The notes under the pieces: model-generated
Told to the model about the DNA's origin: nothing
What the model saw: the letters and a program-made list of their open reading frames with translations, nothing else
The model's database searches: none
Position numbers and translations under genes: made by a program
Shown: in pieces, positions 1-12,640 of the stretch
Layout: each line of letters opens with the position of its first letter
How positions within the stretch are numbered: position 1 is the stretch's first letter
Source of the DNA: Octopus vulgaris
Lineage: Eukaryota
Direction of reading: 5' to 3'
DNA length: 64,000 bases
NCBI GenBank assembly: GCA_951406725.2
Contig: OX597833.1
Span: 34,968,001-35,032,000, forward strand

Positions 1-589
1 ACATATACATCCTAAAACCAATGTATGTATGTTTATATCTATCTATCTATCCATTCATCGCTTTATCTATTTGCCTATCTATATATACATACATATAAAA
101 AGTCATAATTGAATTCTACACAAAATTGTAGTTACATACATGGAAATGATAAAAATATTTGAAAATATACAAATTTGTTTGTATTAAAATATAGATTGCT
201 GTATCGCATATTCTTCTTTAGCGATATGTCTATCACTTATTAAGAAAATTTCTAAAAAATGAATGCACATACCTAGACTTCATCAGGAGCTACAAAGCGG
301 AAAACACTCGCTTTTTATTATAATTATCTTTTAATATATATAACCTTGTCAAAGTTTGTAGACTTGATATCTTTTTTTCGTCTGATATATTACATTTAAA
401 ATTATCCAAACTTGAGACTTTTAGAATGTGCGTGTGTGTGTCTGTGTGAGTGTGTGTTATACACGCACACACTCACAAACAAGCACGCAGACACACGCAC
501 ACACACTCACACATAAATACGCACACACGCACGAAAGAAAAAAATTATAACATCCGTTTGTTGTATGGCAAAATGTCATGTCACTCTGA

Positions 590-679
<90 letters not shown>

Positions 680-804
680 ATATCTATCTATCTGTGTGTG
701 TGTGTGTGTGTGTGTGTGTTTGTCTGTCTGTCTGTGTGTGTGTGTCTGTGTGTCTGTCTGCCTGTCTGTGTGTCTATGTATTTGTCTGTGTGTGTCTGTC
801 CGTG

Positions 805-876
<72 letters not shown>

Positions 877-910
877 CATCCAGCCATCCGTCTTTCTATC
901 CGTCTATCTG

Positions 911-977
<67 letters not shown>
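590..977. repeat. Compound (TCTA)n/(TG)n/(TCTG)n microsatellite
   Basis: Directly visible tandem 2-4 bp units; explains the overlapping SIYL/CV ORFs. Confidence 0.97.
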
Positions 978-1074
978 GTCACTCTGTCTCTGTTTGCCTG
1001 CCTGTCTTTTCTTTCTGTCTGTTTTTCTATATACCTTAATAAACGTATTCACGTACATAATAAATATGTGTAGT

Positions 1075-1129
<55 letters not shown>

Positions 1130-1383
1130 GTACTCGGGGTGGGGGTGAGTAAGTCCATTACATCGATCCAAGTGCTCAACTGGTTCTTATTTTATGGAGC
1201 CGAAGGAACGAAAGGCAACGTCGACCTCGGCGAAATGCCGCTATGCATTTTGTCTGGCGCATTAATAATTCTGGCAGCTCACCACCTTCTTTCAATATTC
1301 CTTTCTACTATTTTAGCAAAATACCTGAAATTAATGGGGAAGGGACTTGTTGATTAAATACACGGTCCCCAGTGCTCAACTGG
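1130..1383 (-). mobile_element. Degenerate SINE family B (tRNA-like head GGCGGCGAGCTGG), two partial units
   Basis: Diagnostic GTCGACCTCGG and CCCCAGTGCTCAACTGGT motifs shared with the better copies at 25597 and 43109. Confidence 0.75.
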
Positions 1384-2819
1384 TATGAGATGCTTTCTAG
1401 AAGTTTTGAGACTTTTTTTAAGGAGAATCAGTTATAACTGTCTGTAATTTTAGGATCTGTCTCCTCTCATTATCCAACGAACTTTTACACCTTCTACACT
1501 GGACTATTCTACTTGGATTCTGGTCTTTCTACTCTCGTACACTTCAGCTGCACCTCTCCTACCCATGGATTACAGTAGACTTCTCTGTTGATGAAACTTC
1601 TATTAAGCTGGACTGTCAGCTTTGTTATTCCAGATTAAAAGGAGTCTGCACTTTGAACATACTTTGAACCTAGGAGTGGGTGTGTGGTAAGTAGCTTGCT
1701 TACCAACCACATGGTTCCGGGTTCAGTCCCACTGCGTGGCACCTTTGGCAAGTGGCTTCTATTATAGCCTCAGGCCGACCAAAGACTTGTGAGTGGATTA
1801 GGTAGACGGAAACGGAAAGAAGCCCGTAGTATATATGTGTATATATATATATAGATATATATATATATGTGTGTGTGTGTGTGTATGTGTGTGTGTGTGT
1901 GCGTATGTGTGTGTGTATGCTTGTATGTCTGTGTTTGTCCCCCCCCCAACAACCGATGCTGGTGTGTTTACGTCCCCGTAACTTAGCGGCTCGGCAAAAG
2001 ACACCGATAGAATAAGTACTAGGCTTAACAGAGTAACTCCTGGGGTCGATTTGCTCGACTAAAGGCGGTGCTCCAGCATGGCCACAGTCAAATGACGGAA
2101 ACAAGTAAAAGAGTAAAAGTGTATACCCTGCTAAATACTGCTTGTCATGCTGACTAGTTTGCAGAATGTAGTCGGGACGTGTTGAAGATTAGTATGCAGT
2201 AAAGTTTTGTGTTAAACGGTGCAAAAACGTTATGGATTTACTTTTTCTCTGGCACAAGAATTTCAAAGACGGTAGAGATAAGGTGAGAGACAATGAGATG
2301 CATGGGAGGGAGAGGGGTGCCAGAACATTAGAGCGGGTTGAGAAAATTCGCACTTTTCTAGATGATGACCGTCGTGTGTTTATAAAGACCATAAGCATGC
2401 CGTTTGGAGTCGGTGTGGCAACTGTACATAGAATTATTCTTGAAATTCTGAAAATGCGCAAAATTTGGGCAAAGTTGTTCTCAGTGTGCTCAGTGACGGG
2501 TCTCCTGGTAAGCAACTACTTGACATACAAGGTGGAAGAACATTGTACCTCACCCTCCCGAGAGTCCTGATCTTGCCCCCTGTGACTTTTGGTTCTTCCC
2601 CAAGCTGAAGGAGAATCTTAAGGACAGTCGTTTTGAAGTTGAAAGAGGGCGTAAGAGGAGTCCTGCATACCTTCACATTGGAGGACTTCCACGGGACCTG
2701 CATAAGATCGCTGGAGCACTACAAGAAGTACATTGAAGTCAAAGGATTCTACCTTGTACTTCTTTGAAATTAATGTCTCTCCTGAAAAAAGTGCGAAAAT
2801 TTCGGGAATGCACCTTGTA
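1384..2819 (+). mobile_element. Decayed mariner (Tc1/mariner) element, internally deleted, interrupted by a SINE
   Basis: ORF 2232-2570 resembles the mariner HTH region (WHKNFKDGR...DDDRRV...TVHRII...MRKIWAK); about 2548-2630 reads PHPPESPDLAPCDFWFFPKLK (YSPDLAP motif); degenerate TA-flanked inverted ends at 1384-1418 and 2785-2819. Confidence 0.8.
1670..2118 (+). mobile_element. SINE family A (tRNA-derived, CORE-like; resembles octopus OR2-type) with internal (TA)/(TG) microsatellite
   Basis: A-box-like GTGTGTGGTAAG and B-box-like GGGTTCAGTCCC head, CCTT(G)GGCAAGTG core, 3' end CCAGCATGGCCACAGTCAAATGAC plus (AAAGAGT)-type tail; many copies in the window. Confidence 0.9.
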
Positions 2820-2829
2820 ATTATTTTAT

Positions 2830-2945
2830 AGACCTCAAAAGGATAAAAAGCAGAGTAGAACTCGGAGAAATATGAGCGTAAAGACGGGCGAAATATCGCT
2901 AAGCATTTTGGCCGGTGTTCTAACGAGTCTGCCAGCCCGATGCCT
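2830..2945 (-). mobile_element. SINE family B 5' fragment
   Basis: Reverse complement matches the family head (CTGGCAGA..CGTTAG..CCGG..AAATGCTTAGCG.TATTTCG). Confidence 0.7.
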
Positions 2946-2988
2946 TCGTTATAATGATGATGATGATGATAATAATAATAATGATGAC

Positions 2989-3021
<33 letters not shown>

Positions 3022-3054
3022 CACATTGCATACACCGATTAAGTGCAAAAATAT

Positions 3055-3443
3055 ATAAGTTTGTTTTACAACCACATGGTTCCGTTTTCGGTACCACTGC
3101 GTGGCATCCCGCATAAGTGACCAAAACCTAGATTCGATAGATGGAGACTGAAAGAAGCCTGTTATATACATGACTACACACACACATTCATGTATATAAC
3201 GTCTATCGAATCTAGGCTTTGGTCACTTGCGAGGGATGCCACGCAGTGGTACCGAACCCGGAACCATGTGGTTGTAAAACAAACTTATTGCAACACATTT
3301 ATTTTGTGTTTGAACCCCCCATTCGTTGACAACCGGCGTTGGTTTGTTTACGTCCGCGTCATTTAAGGATTCGGCAATAGAAACTGACAGAATAAGTACC
3401 ACGCTTATAAAATAAGCACTGGTGTTGATTCGTTCGATTAAAC
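3055..3443 (+). mobile_element. Rearranged SINE family A with an internal inverted duplication
   Basis: Head fragment 3055-3141 is repeated in inverted orientation at 3202-3288; tail at about 3305-3443. Confidence 0.8.
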
Positions 3444-3699
3444 CAGTGGTTCTCAACCTATTTTTGGCAATGGACCCCTTTAAAACCTATTTTGCTATAC
3501 CGGAACTTCCTAGTCTTTCAATGTTTTTAAAAAATCCTATTATATTTATATAATTAAAAAGATATTAGTAATTATATAAGAAATTATTAAAATAATTTGT
3601 GCATTGTAGAGGTATAACCAATTTATTGCACCTGAACTTTAAGAACAAAATCTTATATGGACCGCCAAGGGCCATATGGACCCCAGTTAAGGACCACTG
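3444..3699. mobile_element. hAT (Charlie-like) MITE
   Basis: TIRs CAGTGGTTCTCAAC / GTTAAGGACCACTG; near-TSD GATTAAAC / GTTAAAC; subterminal GGACCCC motifs. Confidence 0.85.
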
Positions 3700-3710
3700 G
3701 TTAAACCTTA

Positions 3711-4328
3711 CTAGAAAAGTAAAGATAGAAGATACATGAGTTTTTGATGTTTGTGTCGGGTCTTGTTTTAGTTTGTACGAGCAAAACGCACCCCCCGTCC
3801 AATGGACGGTGCTGAATCATATCTGCTGAATAAAAAGCAATCAGTGTTTTCTTTTCATCAAAAAATAATTAAGCATGCCTTTATTTCAATAAAACTTTTG
3901 GTTTTGTTAAACGAAGTTAAGGCAAAAAAAACTTCTTGAGAAACCAAATAGTCTTTCCTTCCTTCATGCCAAGTTTGAAGAAAATATTTCTTTTGCATTT
4001 TACTTTTTTGGTCTCTTAAATATACTGCATTTTGTGGCATTATTTCAAACCAGCCGGCTTTTTTGCGCAAACTGCACGTGCATTTTTCTCACGTACGCGT
4101 AGTATCGATCGCAACAGCTGATGTACTTGCGCGTACAAATGCACGTTCCCACGGTTTTATCAATCGCATTCTTACCTGGAATCGATTTTTGTAATTTTTT
4201 CAAGACTTATACACGCCCTGACACCGTCGGTATCTACATATCAAATTTGAGCGCAATCGGATGGAGGATGCCCGAGATCCTAGAAGACACACATACACAG
4301 ACAGACAGAACGGATTTTATATAGTAGA
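3711..4328 (-). mobile_element. Probable non-autonomous Helitron-type element
   Basis: Minus strand begins A|TCTACTATATAAAA followed by (CTGT)n and ends CTAG|T, matching the Helitron 5'-TC...CTAG-3' ends at an AT site; the 3' hairpin is not evident. Confidence 0.6.
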
Positions 4329-4524
4329 TGACAGTCTTCATATGTCTATGTCATCTCAATTAAAATTCCGTCTCACTGTTCTTTCTCTTGTGACTCCATT
4401 AACTCGTTTACACTTGACCGCCTTTAAACACCATGCACTCTCATTTATGAGAATTAAGACAGTTAACGCCGCACGTTACAAGAAACTTTTCTGTTATCAT
4501 GAAATACAATGTATTTACGTAATT

Positions 4525-4863
4525 AGAAGCTGTTTGAGATCTAGATCGGCGTCTTGCTGCCGAACAAAACTCAGTGCCAATAAGATATGAACTCCTGCTG
4601 CTATTTGGATAACAGCAAGAGTTGAGTAAAGGTCGTGTCGGGTGCTCGACATGCAAGAAATAACAGTCAAAACTTTTTCTAATAATATCCAGGTCCAGTC
4701 GTGGTTATGTGGTAAGAAGTTTGCTTCTCAACCATGTAGTTTTAGGTTCAGTCTCATTGCTTGGTACCTTGGCTAAATGTCTTATACTAGAGACTCGGAC
4801 GACCAAAGCCTTGTGAGTGGATTTGATTGCCAGAAACCGGAAGAATCCCGCCGTATATATACA

Positions 4864-4958
<95 letters not shown>

Positions 4959-5232
4959 GTATGTGTGTGTGCGTATGACTTTGTCCCTCCACCACAACCG
5001 GCTTTGGTTTGTTTACGTTCCCGTACCTTAGCTGTTGGGCATAAGTGAGTGATATAATAATACCAGTACAATGACTGAAACAAGTAAAGCATGAAAGATA
5101 AAATAAAACCATCTTTAAAAAGTTCTGGACACATTAGAACATTTAGTCCTAGATACACATAAAAAGATGTGATGGTCACTATGAATGCTTTTGAATTACA
5201 AGTCTATTTGATAAGTCGACATGGGGACGATG
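4525..5232 (+). mobile_element. Old unclassified dispersed repeat split by a SINE A copy
   Basis: Segments 4525-4695 and 5110-5232 resemble related pieces at 8445-8600(-), 20140-20205, 20365-20455 and 26370-26810 (GACCTGCTAGAAATAGCAG-like and GATGGTCA..GAATGC.TTTGATC motifs). Confidence 0.55.
4698..5105 (+). mobile_element. SINE family A, diverged
   Basis: Head GTGGTTATGTGGTAAGAAGTTTGC, GACCAAAGCCTTGTGAGTGGATTTG, internal microsatellite, ATGACTGAAACAAGTAAA tail. Confidence 0.85.
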
Positions 5233-5336
5233 ATAGTAACTGATAATTTATTCAGCTCGCCAAGTTATGTACGTGTAGAATGCGTGTGAGAAAGAGAGTG
5301 ATAGAAAGGAAATGAGAGTTATTAATGGATTTTAAA

Positions 5337-5552
5337 AAGGCGGCCAGCTGGCAGAATCGTTACCACACTGGACAAAATGCTTAGCGTCGTTTCATCCATC
5401 TTTACATTCTGAGTTCCATTTCCGCCGAGGTCGACTTTGCCTCTCATCCTCTCGGGGTCGATAAAATAATTACCAGTTTAGCAGTGGCGTTGATGCAATC
5501 GACTTAACTCCTACCCCGAAACTTCTGGCGTTGTGCCAATATTTGAAACCGA
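5337..5552 (+). mobile_element. SINE family B, full unit
   Basis: GGCGGCCAGCTGGCAGAATCG head (A-box), GAGTTCCATTTCC (B-box-like), GTCGACTTTGCCTCTCATCCTCTCGGGGTCGATAAAATAA central motif. Confidence 0.9.
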
Positions 5553-6459
5553 TATGAATGGTTTATAACCCTACCTATTTTACCTCCATTAAATGATGGC
5601 AAGAAAAAGCTGTAGCTATGCTAAGAAAAGTGAATAAGAAAGGGAAAAAGAATTTTTAAGTAGGGTAGATTAGAATTGGCTGGTTGGGTCAGCAGCTTGA
5701 GGTAGGTAGTCATGCGAGAAGTCAGTGAAATATAAGAAAGGAAAATTGAGTTCGAAATAAAGATACAGCGTGTGTAAAAAAGGGCAGGTGGAAGGAAGGG
5801 TAAATTGAGAGACAATGTTACAGAATGTGATCTGTGATAGAATAGTAGAGATACAGATAAATAGTTAGGGAGAGAGAGAGAAAGAGATCGATCTATGTAT
5901 TTTATTGTAGAATAAGAAACGTTGAGAACTGAAGAGAAAGGGTGGATGCAGAACGTTTTTGATAGTGGAAAAAAAGTGTGTGTGTGTGTGTATATATATA
6001 CATACACAAACACAGATACACATAAAAATACACACACTCATACACATATATATACATACATAATACACTGTTGTTGTTCGGACTCTTACGCATAACAATA
6101 TACACACACAGATACAAAATCCACTGTTACTCGCACACAATCTGTTTTTTTTTATTATGTTTAGCTACTTTGAAAATCTGCTATTCATACAGTCACCTAA
6201 CACATTCACTAGGTTAACACAACCTTGATTTTTGATGCACCTATCGTCCATACTGTCACATGACCTAGTACACAGTCATAAAACATAATTGTTGTTCATA
6301 TGTCACGTGACACATTAAAATACCAGTCTTATATTTTGGTACCGCCAGCGTCTACACAGTCACATGACCCTAGTTTACCTACACACTTACACGTTCATGG
6401 AGAAGTAACTATATTCTATACCGGGCCATTTACAGGTACTATGCCAGTATGAATATATA

Positions 6460-7722
6460 TCAGGTCATCCCATAAGTTTTGTCCGATTTTACCTTTTTTA
6501 AAATTGAATGAAATTTAATAGTATTTTAGAATGTCTAATGGAATGAAAAATTATTTTTATTCATTTGTGTACATTTAAGCTAATTAAATATTATTTTACA
6601 GAATAGTAGAATAAAATTTCTTTCATTAAAACCCTTCCTAACATGGAAGTATCCAAAGAGCATTTAAGGCACATAATGTTTTATGAGTATAAAAAAGAAA
6701 CTCTGCATCCGAAGCGACTCGAAACATACACTCAGTTTACGGGAAAGAATGCTTGAATGAAAGAACTTGCAGATGATGGTTTGCAAAATTCAGAAGTGGA
6801 GATTTCAGCCTTGAAGATCGAACAGGACGTCCAGTTGAGTTTGATGATAAGCTCCTTGAGGCATTAATTGAAGAAAATCCTGCACTATCAGTTGAAGAAT
6901 TGGCAATAAAACCTAGTTCAAACCATACAACTGTTAATCGTCATCTTCAACAATTTGGAAAGGTTCACAAACTTGGAAAATGGGTGCCCCATGAATTGTC
7001 CGAAAGCAACTGCAAATCCTGAGTTGATATCTTCTCTTCTCTACATTCTCGCGAACTCATTTCACCCTTTTTGGATAGACTTGTGACTGCTGACGAAAAA
7101 TGGATCTTATATCAAAATGTTAAACGTCGTAAACAGGGGCTTGGTAAAAGGGAAAAGGCTCAACCACAACCGAGAAGGGAACTTCATGGGAAAAAGGTTC
7201 TTCTCTCTATCTGGTGGGATTGCAAAAGAGTAATTCACTTTGAATTATTACCACCTAATGCAACAATCAATGCTCAAGTATACTGTCAACAATTAGAGCA
7301 TTTGAACCAAGCTTAGAAGAAAAAAAGACCCGCTTTAATGAATCGAAAAGGAGTGATGTTTCATCAGGACAATGCGCGATCACACACTGCAAAGATCACA
7401 TCACAGAAGATCTTGGTTGGGAAAAAATTGCTCATCCACCTTATTCTCCCGACCTTGCTCCATCAGACTACCATTTGTTTCGTAGTTTACAGAATCATTT
7501 GCGGGACATAACTTTCGCAAGCCAGGAGGAGGCCGAAACTGACATTTCAGAGTTTTTCGCTTTGAAACCAAAGGAGTTTTACATTGATGGCTTGTAAATA
7601 GATGGAAGGATGTCATAGATAATCAGGGAAAGTGCATTGGAAATTAAATTTCAATTAAATATAACATTTGACCACTTGTTTTCTTTATTCAAAATTCGGA
7701 CAGAACTCATGGGATGACCTGA
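6460..7722 (+). mobile_element. Near full-length mariner (DD34D) transposon, inactivated
   Basis: About 30-bp TIRs TCAGGTCATCCCATAAGTTTTGTCCG / CGGACAGAACTCATGGGATGACCTGA, TA on both sides, 1263 bp. Confidence 0.96.
6643..7648 (+). pseudogene. Mariner transposase pseudogene (frameshifts and stops)
   Basis: MEVSKEHLRHIMFYEY start, WVPHEL, LVTADEKW, FHQDNAR and HPPYSPDLAPSDYHLF motifs spread across frames. Confidence 0.95.
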
Positions 7723-7754
7723 TATATTAATATAAGAATATATATATTTATATA

Positions 7755-8203
7755 AGAAGGAGGAGGAGGTAGAGGAGTAGCAGAAGGAGAATGAGAAAGA
7801 GGAGGTGGATGAGGAAGAGAAGAAGAAGAAAGAGGAGGAGGAGGAGGAGGAGGAGGAGAAGGCGAAGAATAAGGAGGAGGAGGAGGAGGAAGAGAAGAAG
7901 AATAAGAAGGAGGAAGAGAAGAAGAATAAGAAGGAGGAAGAGAAGAAGAAAAAGAAGAAGAAGAAGAAGAAGAAGAAGAAGGATGGGGAAAAGAAGAAGG
8001 AAGAGAAGAAGAAGGAGGAGGAAGAGAAGAAGCAGAAAAATAATGAGAAAGAGAAGGAGAAGGATGAGGAAGAGAAGAAGAAGGACGAGGAGGAAGAGAA
8101 GGTGGAGGAGGAGGCGAAGGATAAGAGGAAGGAGAAAAAGAAGAAGAAGAAGAAGAAGAAGAAGAAGAAGAAGAAGAAGAAGAAGAAGAAGAAGAAGAAG
8201 AAG
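7755..8203. repeat. Imperfect (GAA)/(GAG) polypurine tract
   Basis: Visible trinucleotide runs; source of the poly-R and poly-E/K ORFs. Confidence 0.95.
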
Positions 8204-9469
8204 GCGGCTCGTTTGTCAGTAAGAACGATTATTATAGTCTATTTCTTGTTTTATATATTTTTCTATAAATTGGATAATTCTTTTAGGGTAGCAGAGTCAC
8301 GTGAGATGGACTGTGGAGCCCAAAGTGTTTGTTAATAGAAACAAAAGTTAAGAAAAAATTGTTCTTACTACATTAGATATCTATGGCATTGATTCATTTT
8401 TATGTGTACAGTTGATATTGGTGTTGATGTTGTTGTTGTTGATTAGCTCTAGTTAGCCCTGGGTAAGAAGATTTATTACCAAAAGCATTCTAGCCGTGAT
8501 CATCATATGTTATTTCTTATATCCATTGTTGAAGAAAATGTAAAAAGATTTGAGGGAGATTTGACTACGATATCTAGCAGGCCGAATGAGCACTGGCTCA
8601 TTGTGATTTGTTTTGCTCCAGAGCAAAGAAAGATTATAACACTAAACTCCGAAGAAATTTATGGCCCTCCATGTCTTCTTCAAACAGAATTTCTTGCCGA
8701 AATATTAGATTTCTCTCTCTCTGTTACTTACACTTTCCAAACTTCCATGTTGTTCTTTTGTTAGTGGCTCTCACCATTCAAATAATTCTTACCATTCTAA
8801 TGGCCATATGGAACACAGAAAAAGAAAAAAGAAAAAGAAAAACGCGATTATCATGAGCTTCCCGGCGGACTTACTTTGCCTGTTCTATTTTGCCAGCGAA
8901 AAACAGATGTTTGGCCCATACAAGTTAATCCATAAGTAGTCTGGAGTATTTCATAAATTCCTGTGGCGTTTTTGCTCAGTTTAAAACAAACTTTATTGCA
9001 TAGCGAGCTTCCATATTGTCCCGAAAACATTCTGCAGACTAGTCAATTGTGCCAAGCAGATTTTAGTAGGATGTATTCAGCATACTGTTACAGACATCTC
9101 CTTAAGTCTCGAAGAAAAAGTTGGCGAGTCAGCTTATTAGATGTGTAATAGTGATATAGTAATATTACAATAATCTAGGACAGTTATAACTGCCTCTTCT
9201 AAAAATGTTTCAAAACTTCTAGAAAGTATCTCATACCTACCTACCTACCTACCTACCTACCTACCTACCTACCTACCTACCTACCTACGTGTTCAAATTC
9301 CATTGAAGGAGCCTTTGATGTAGGTTAGAAACTGGCTTTTTATTGGCAAGAAATCTTGAAATAAAACGGAACAATGACATACATACATATATATACGTAC
9401 TATATGTATATGTTTGTGTATGTCTGTATGTAATGTCTGTGTATGTATGTATGTATGTATGTATGTATG

Positions 9470-9502
<33 letters not shown>

Positions 9503-9505
<3 letters not shown>

Positions 9506-11655
9506 CAGTTGAAATTAACAGAAAAAAAGACAGATGTATAAAGAACAAACAAGTGTATCAGTTTAACGCTCGGGAAAGTAAGACAGTCGTTTGCGTTTCG
9601 AGCCTATGCTCTTCAACTAAAAGGGACACGAGGAAATAAACAGAGAGAATTAAAAAAAAAAACCTTTGGAGCCAGCGGTCAATCATGGTGGCTGGTTAGA
9701 CAGAGGCAGTTAGACAGGAGAGCTAGGAAGAAGAGGGAATAATAAAGTATTAGTGATCCCAAAACGAGGGTGCGCGTGCGTTTGCATATGAAAGTGTGTA
9801 AGTGTGTGCGTGTGGATAGGGGCTGGTGACTTTGACGTGTGAATGTGTGCGTCTGTAATGTGTGGGTGTGTGGATGATGATGTGGGTACTGAGAAGTGGT
9901 CAGTGCTAGTGCGTGCAGGGTGGTATGATGTGATGTAGTGGTGTGGTGGTGTTGGGATACGAGGCTAGGATGTGGGGATGTGAGGATGGGGTGTGGGTTT
10001 GAGGTGGAGATGTGGGGATAGTGGTGGGGTATGTGGGATGTTGGATGTAGGATGGGGTGGTGGGGATGGGATATGTAGGGGTGGGGTGTGGACGGAGGGG
10101 TAACGATAAAGGGAGAAGGTGGCTAGGAGTGAAGAGAAGTAGATGTCAGGGCAAGAGAGGAGAGGTGGGTGGGAGTGAAGAGAGGAAGTAGGTTTGAGAT
10201 GAAAGAGGAGAAGAGGGGAGTCAGATGAAGAGGGAAGGGGAGCTGAGCCCATGTGGAGTAAAGGAGCGAAAAGAGAAGATCAATTCCAGTTCACGGCAAA
10301 AGCGGAAGTCCGGATGGCTGCTGTGCAAAGACAATCAAAGCACAGACAGTTGTTGTAATGAATGACCGGTGGAGCGGAAATGGCGTAAGACCGGGGTGTC
10401 GGTACCGAGTTTAACGTATCGGAGGTGCTCCGCGAACCGGTCAGTCAAGCGGCATCTCGTTTGATGATGTACAGAGTAGGACAGAAAGAGCGGGAGATGC
10501 AGTAAATGACGTTGCTAGAAATGCATGTAAAGGAGCCAGTGATATGATAGGGACGATGATGGGTGCCTTTGAGGATGATGGTGTTGGAGAGGTAGGGGCA
10601 AGTGCGGCAAATTGGGCGGGAATAGGGGAACGAGTCAGGTTGAGAGATGGGGTTAGGGAAGAAACTGTGGACCACGTAGGTTGTGGGCTCGTTTGAAGGA
10701 GGGAAGAGTAGGTTGGGGAAGATGTGCGAAGTGGAGGGGTCGGACTGGAGTCAGCGGAAGGCTCGGAGAATGGTACGTTGGATAGGTAGGGAGGAGGGGT
10801 AGGTGAGGGAAAAAGGGGAACGGCGAGGCGAGTGCGGGGAGAGAGAGCAGAGGCATGGTCCGCGGAACGTGCTCTGGCAAGGGCAGTTTGGATAGTAGTG
10901 TGGGGATATTCACGAAGGATGAAGTGGTGAGCCATGAGTTGAGACTGAGTCTCAAAGTCATGGTTGTCACTGCAGAGCCTGCACAGATGGAGGAATTGGG
11001 AGTAGGGGATGGAGAGCTTGGTGTGGATGAGGAGAAGTTGAGGTATGAGTGTGAGTCGGTGTGTTTGTAGTTGATGAAGGTAGTGAGAGCGGAGTTGCGT
11101 ATGTTGATCAAAATGTCGAAAAGGCGACAGAAGTGTTGGAAATGGTGCAGGAGAATTCGAGGGCAGGATGGAAGGATTGGTCAAAAGAGAAGAAGGAGTC
11201 TAGTTGATCGCGGGAGAGCGAGGTCACACCGCTGCAGTCATCAATATAACGATCGGTATAGTTCGGGAGTAGGACCAGTGAATCTTGATAATATTTGGGT
11301 CTCAATATAGCCAACGAACAGGTTCACATAGTTGGGGCCCATTCTCGTTACCATGGCTACTGCCGAGAACTGTTGATAAAACTTCCCCGCAAACGAGAAG
11401 CAGTTGAGGAAGAGAACAAGTTCGGTTAGACGAAGCAGTGTGGATGTGTCAAGTTGGGGTTGGGTCAAAGGTCTAGGAAGTATTTGTGGGCAAGAAGTCA
11501 TTCGTGGTGTGGGATCACAGTATATAGATCCTTGATATCAAGAATGAAGAGAAGTTTAGAGGGGCCAGGAGGGAAGGAGAAAGAGCTGAAAAGACGAAGA
11601 GCATAGTTAGTATCGTGGACGTGTGAGGGGAGGGAAGCCACTAGGGGGGCAAGGA
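9503..11655 (-). mobile_element. Penelope-like retroelement (RT plus GIY-YIG), 5'-truncated and decayed, with its 3' pLTR abutting (TA)n
   Basis: Minus-strand translations give LFILDIKDLYTVIPH, YQQFSAVAMVTRMGPNYVNLFVGYIE, RYIDDC (RT) and CRTCPY...FTCISSNVIYCI...LYI (GIY-YIG); hammerhead-like motif near the 3' end. Confidence 0.92.
9586..9625 (-). ncRNA. Decayed minimal hammerhead ribozyme in the Penelope pLTR
   Basis: Minus strand TTGA-A-GAGC-ATAG-GCTC-GAAACG; the core is mutated; homologous to 35186-35221. Confidence 0.6.
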
Positions 11656-11979
11656 CTTCCACATCCATCCATCATCCATCCATCATCCATTCATCCATCC
11701 ATCCATCCTCCATCCCATCCATCCATACATATATGTATGTATAACTATCTATTCACACACACACACACACACATACACACACACAAACACACACAAATAC
11801 ACGCACAATCACACACACAATCGCGCGCGTACTCATACACATACATTCACACACATATAATGCATCTCTAAAGCTCGAAACTTTTTAAAATTGTGACATT
11901 GTGTATATCAAGTGACATTTATCTCTCTCACCGGATAGAGCACTTTTTTTGCTGATCTTACCTTAACGGAACAGTAAAC

Positions 11980-12165
11980 TGTATGTATGTATGTATGTAT
12001 GTATGTATGTATGTATGTATGTATGTATGTATGTATGTATGTATGTATGTATGTATGTATGTATGTATGTATGTATGTATGTATGTATGTATGTATGTAT
12101 GTATGTATGTATGTATGTATGTATGTATCTATCTATCTATATATCTATCTATCTATCTATCTATC
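11980..12165. repeat. (TATG)n then (TATC)n microsatellite
   Basis: Direct tandem units. Confidence 0.97.
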
Positions 12166-12556
12166 TGGGTGAATGTAGAAAGGATGGCACGTATGAATGA
12201 CGAAGCCACCTTGAGTATAATCCTATGAACCCGGAAAATTTAAAACAGAGGGTTACCTACTTGCAAACAAATGTGGTAACATGTAACATCATTGACCGAG
12301 GTTACCGTGGTCTTTTCCGTAGGCTTTTCTTCCCATGGATAAACCTTATCTGCTTTCCCCTTTACACTTTACACCATGACACTGTGATACATGATACCTA
12401 TTGATCGTTTTCCCCCTTTTTTTCTTCTTCCTCTTTTACGATCTCTTTCAATCAAAAACCTAACCCACATTTTTTCTTCCTCTCCCCCCAAAAGAAAAGC
12501 TCTACTTTGTAATCTGTCCCGTCTGTGTGCAGCCCTGTGTGGCTAATAAAGAAACA
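12166..12556 (+). mobile_element. 5'-truncated Tx1/L1-type LINE 3' end (copy 1)
   Basis: Homologous to 14292-14716: ORF2 end WVNVERMARMNDEATLSIIL*, 3' UTR and AATAAA, ending directly in (TATC)n. Confidence 0.92.

Positions 12557-12640
<84 letters not shown>

Noticed and set aside
7791-8335. Protamine-like poly-Arg and poly-Glu/Lys ORFs
   Set aside because: Product of a (GAA)/(GAG) tract; no supporting gene structure
9300-9345. Hammerhead-like TTGAAGGAGCC...GGTTAGAAACTGG
   Set aside because: Core and stem III both deviate; cannot be supported from one copy
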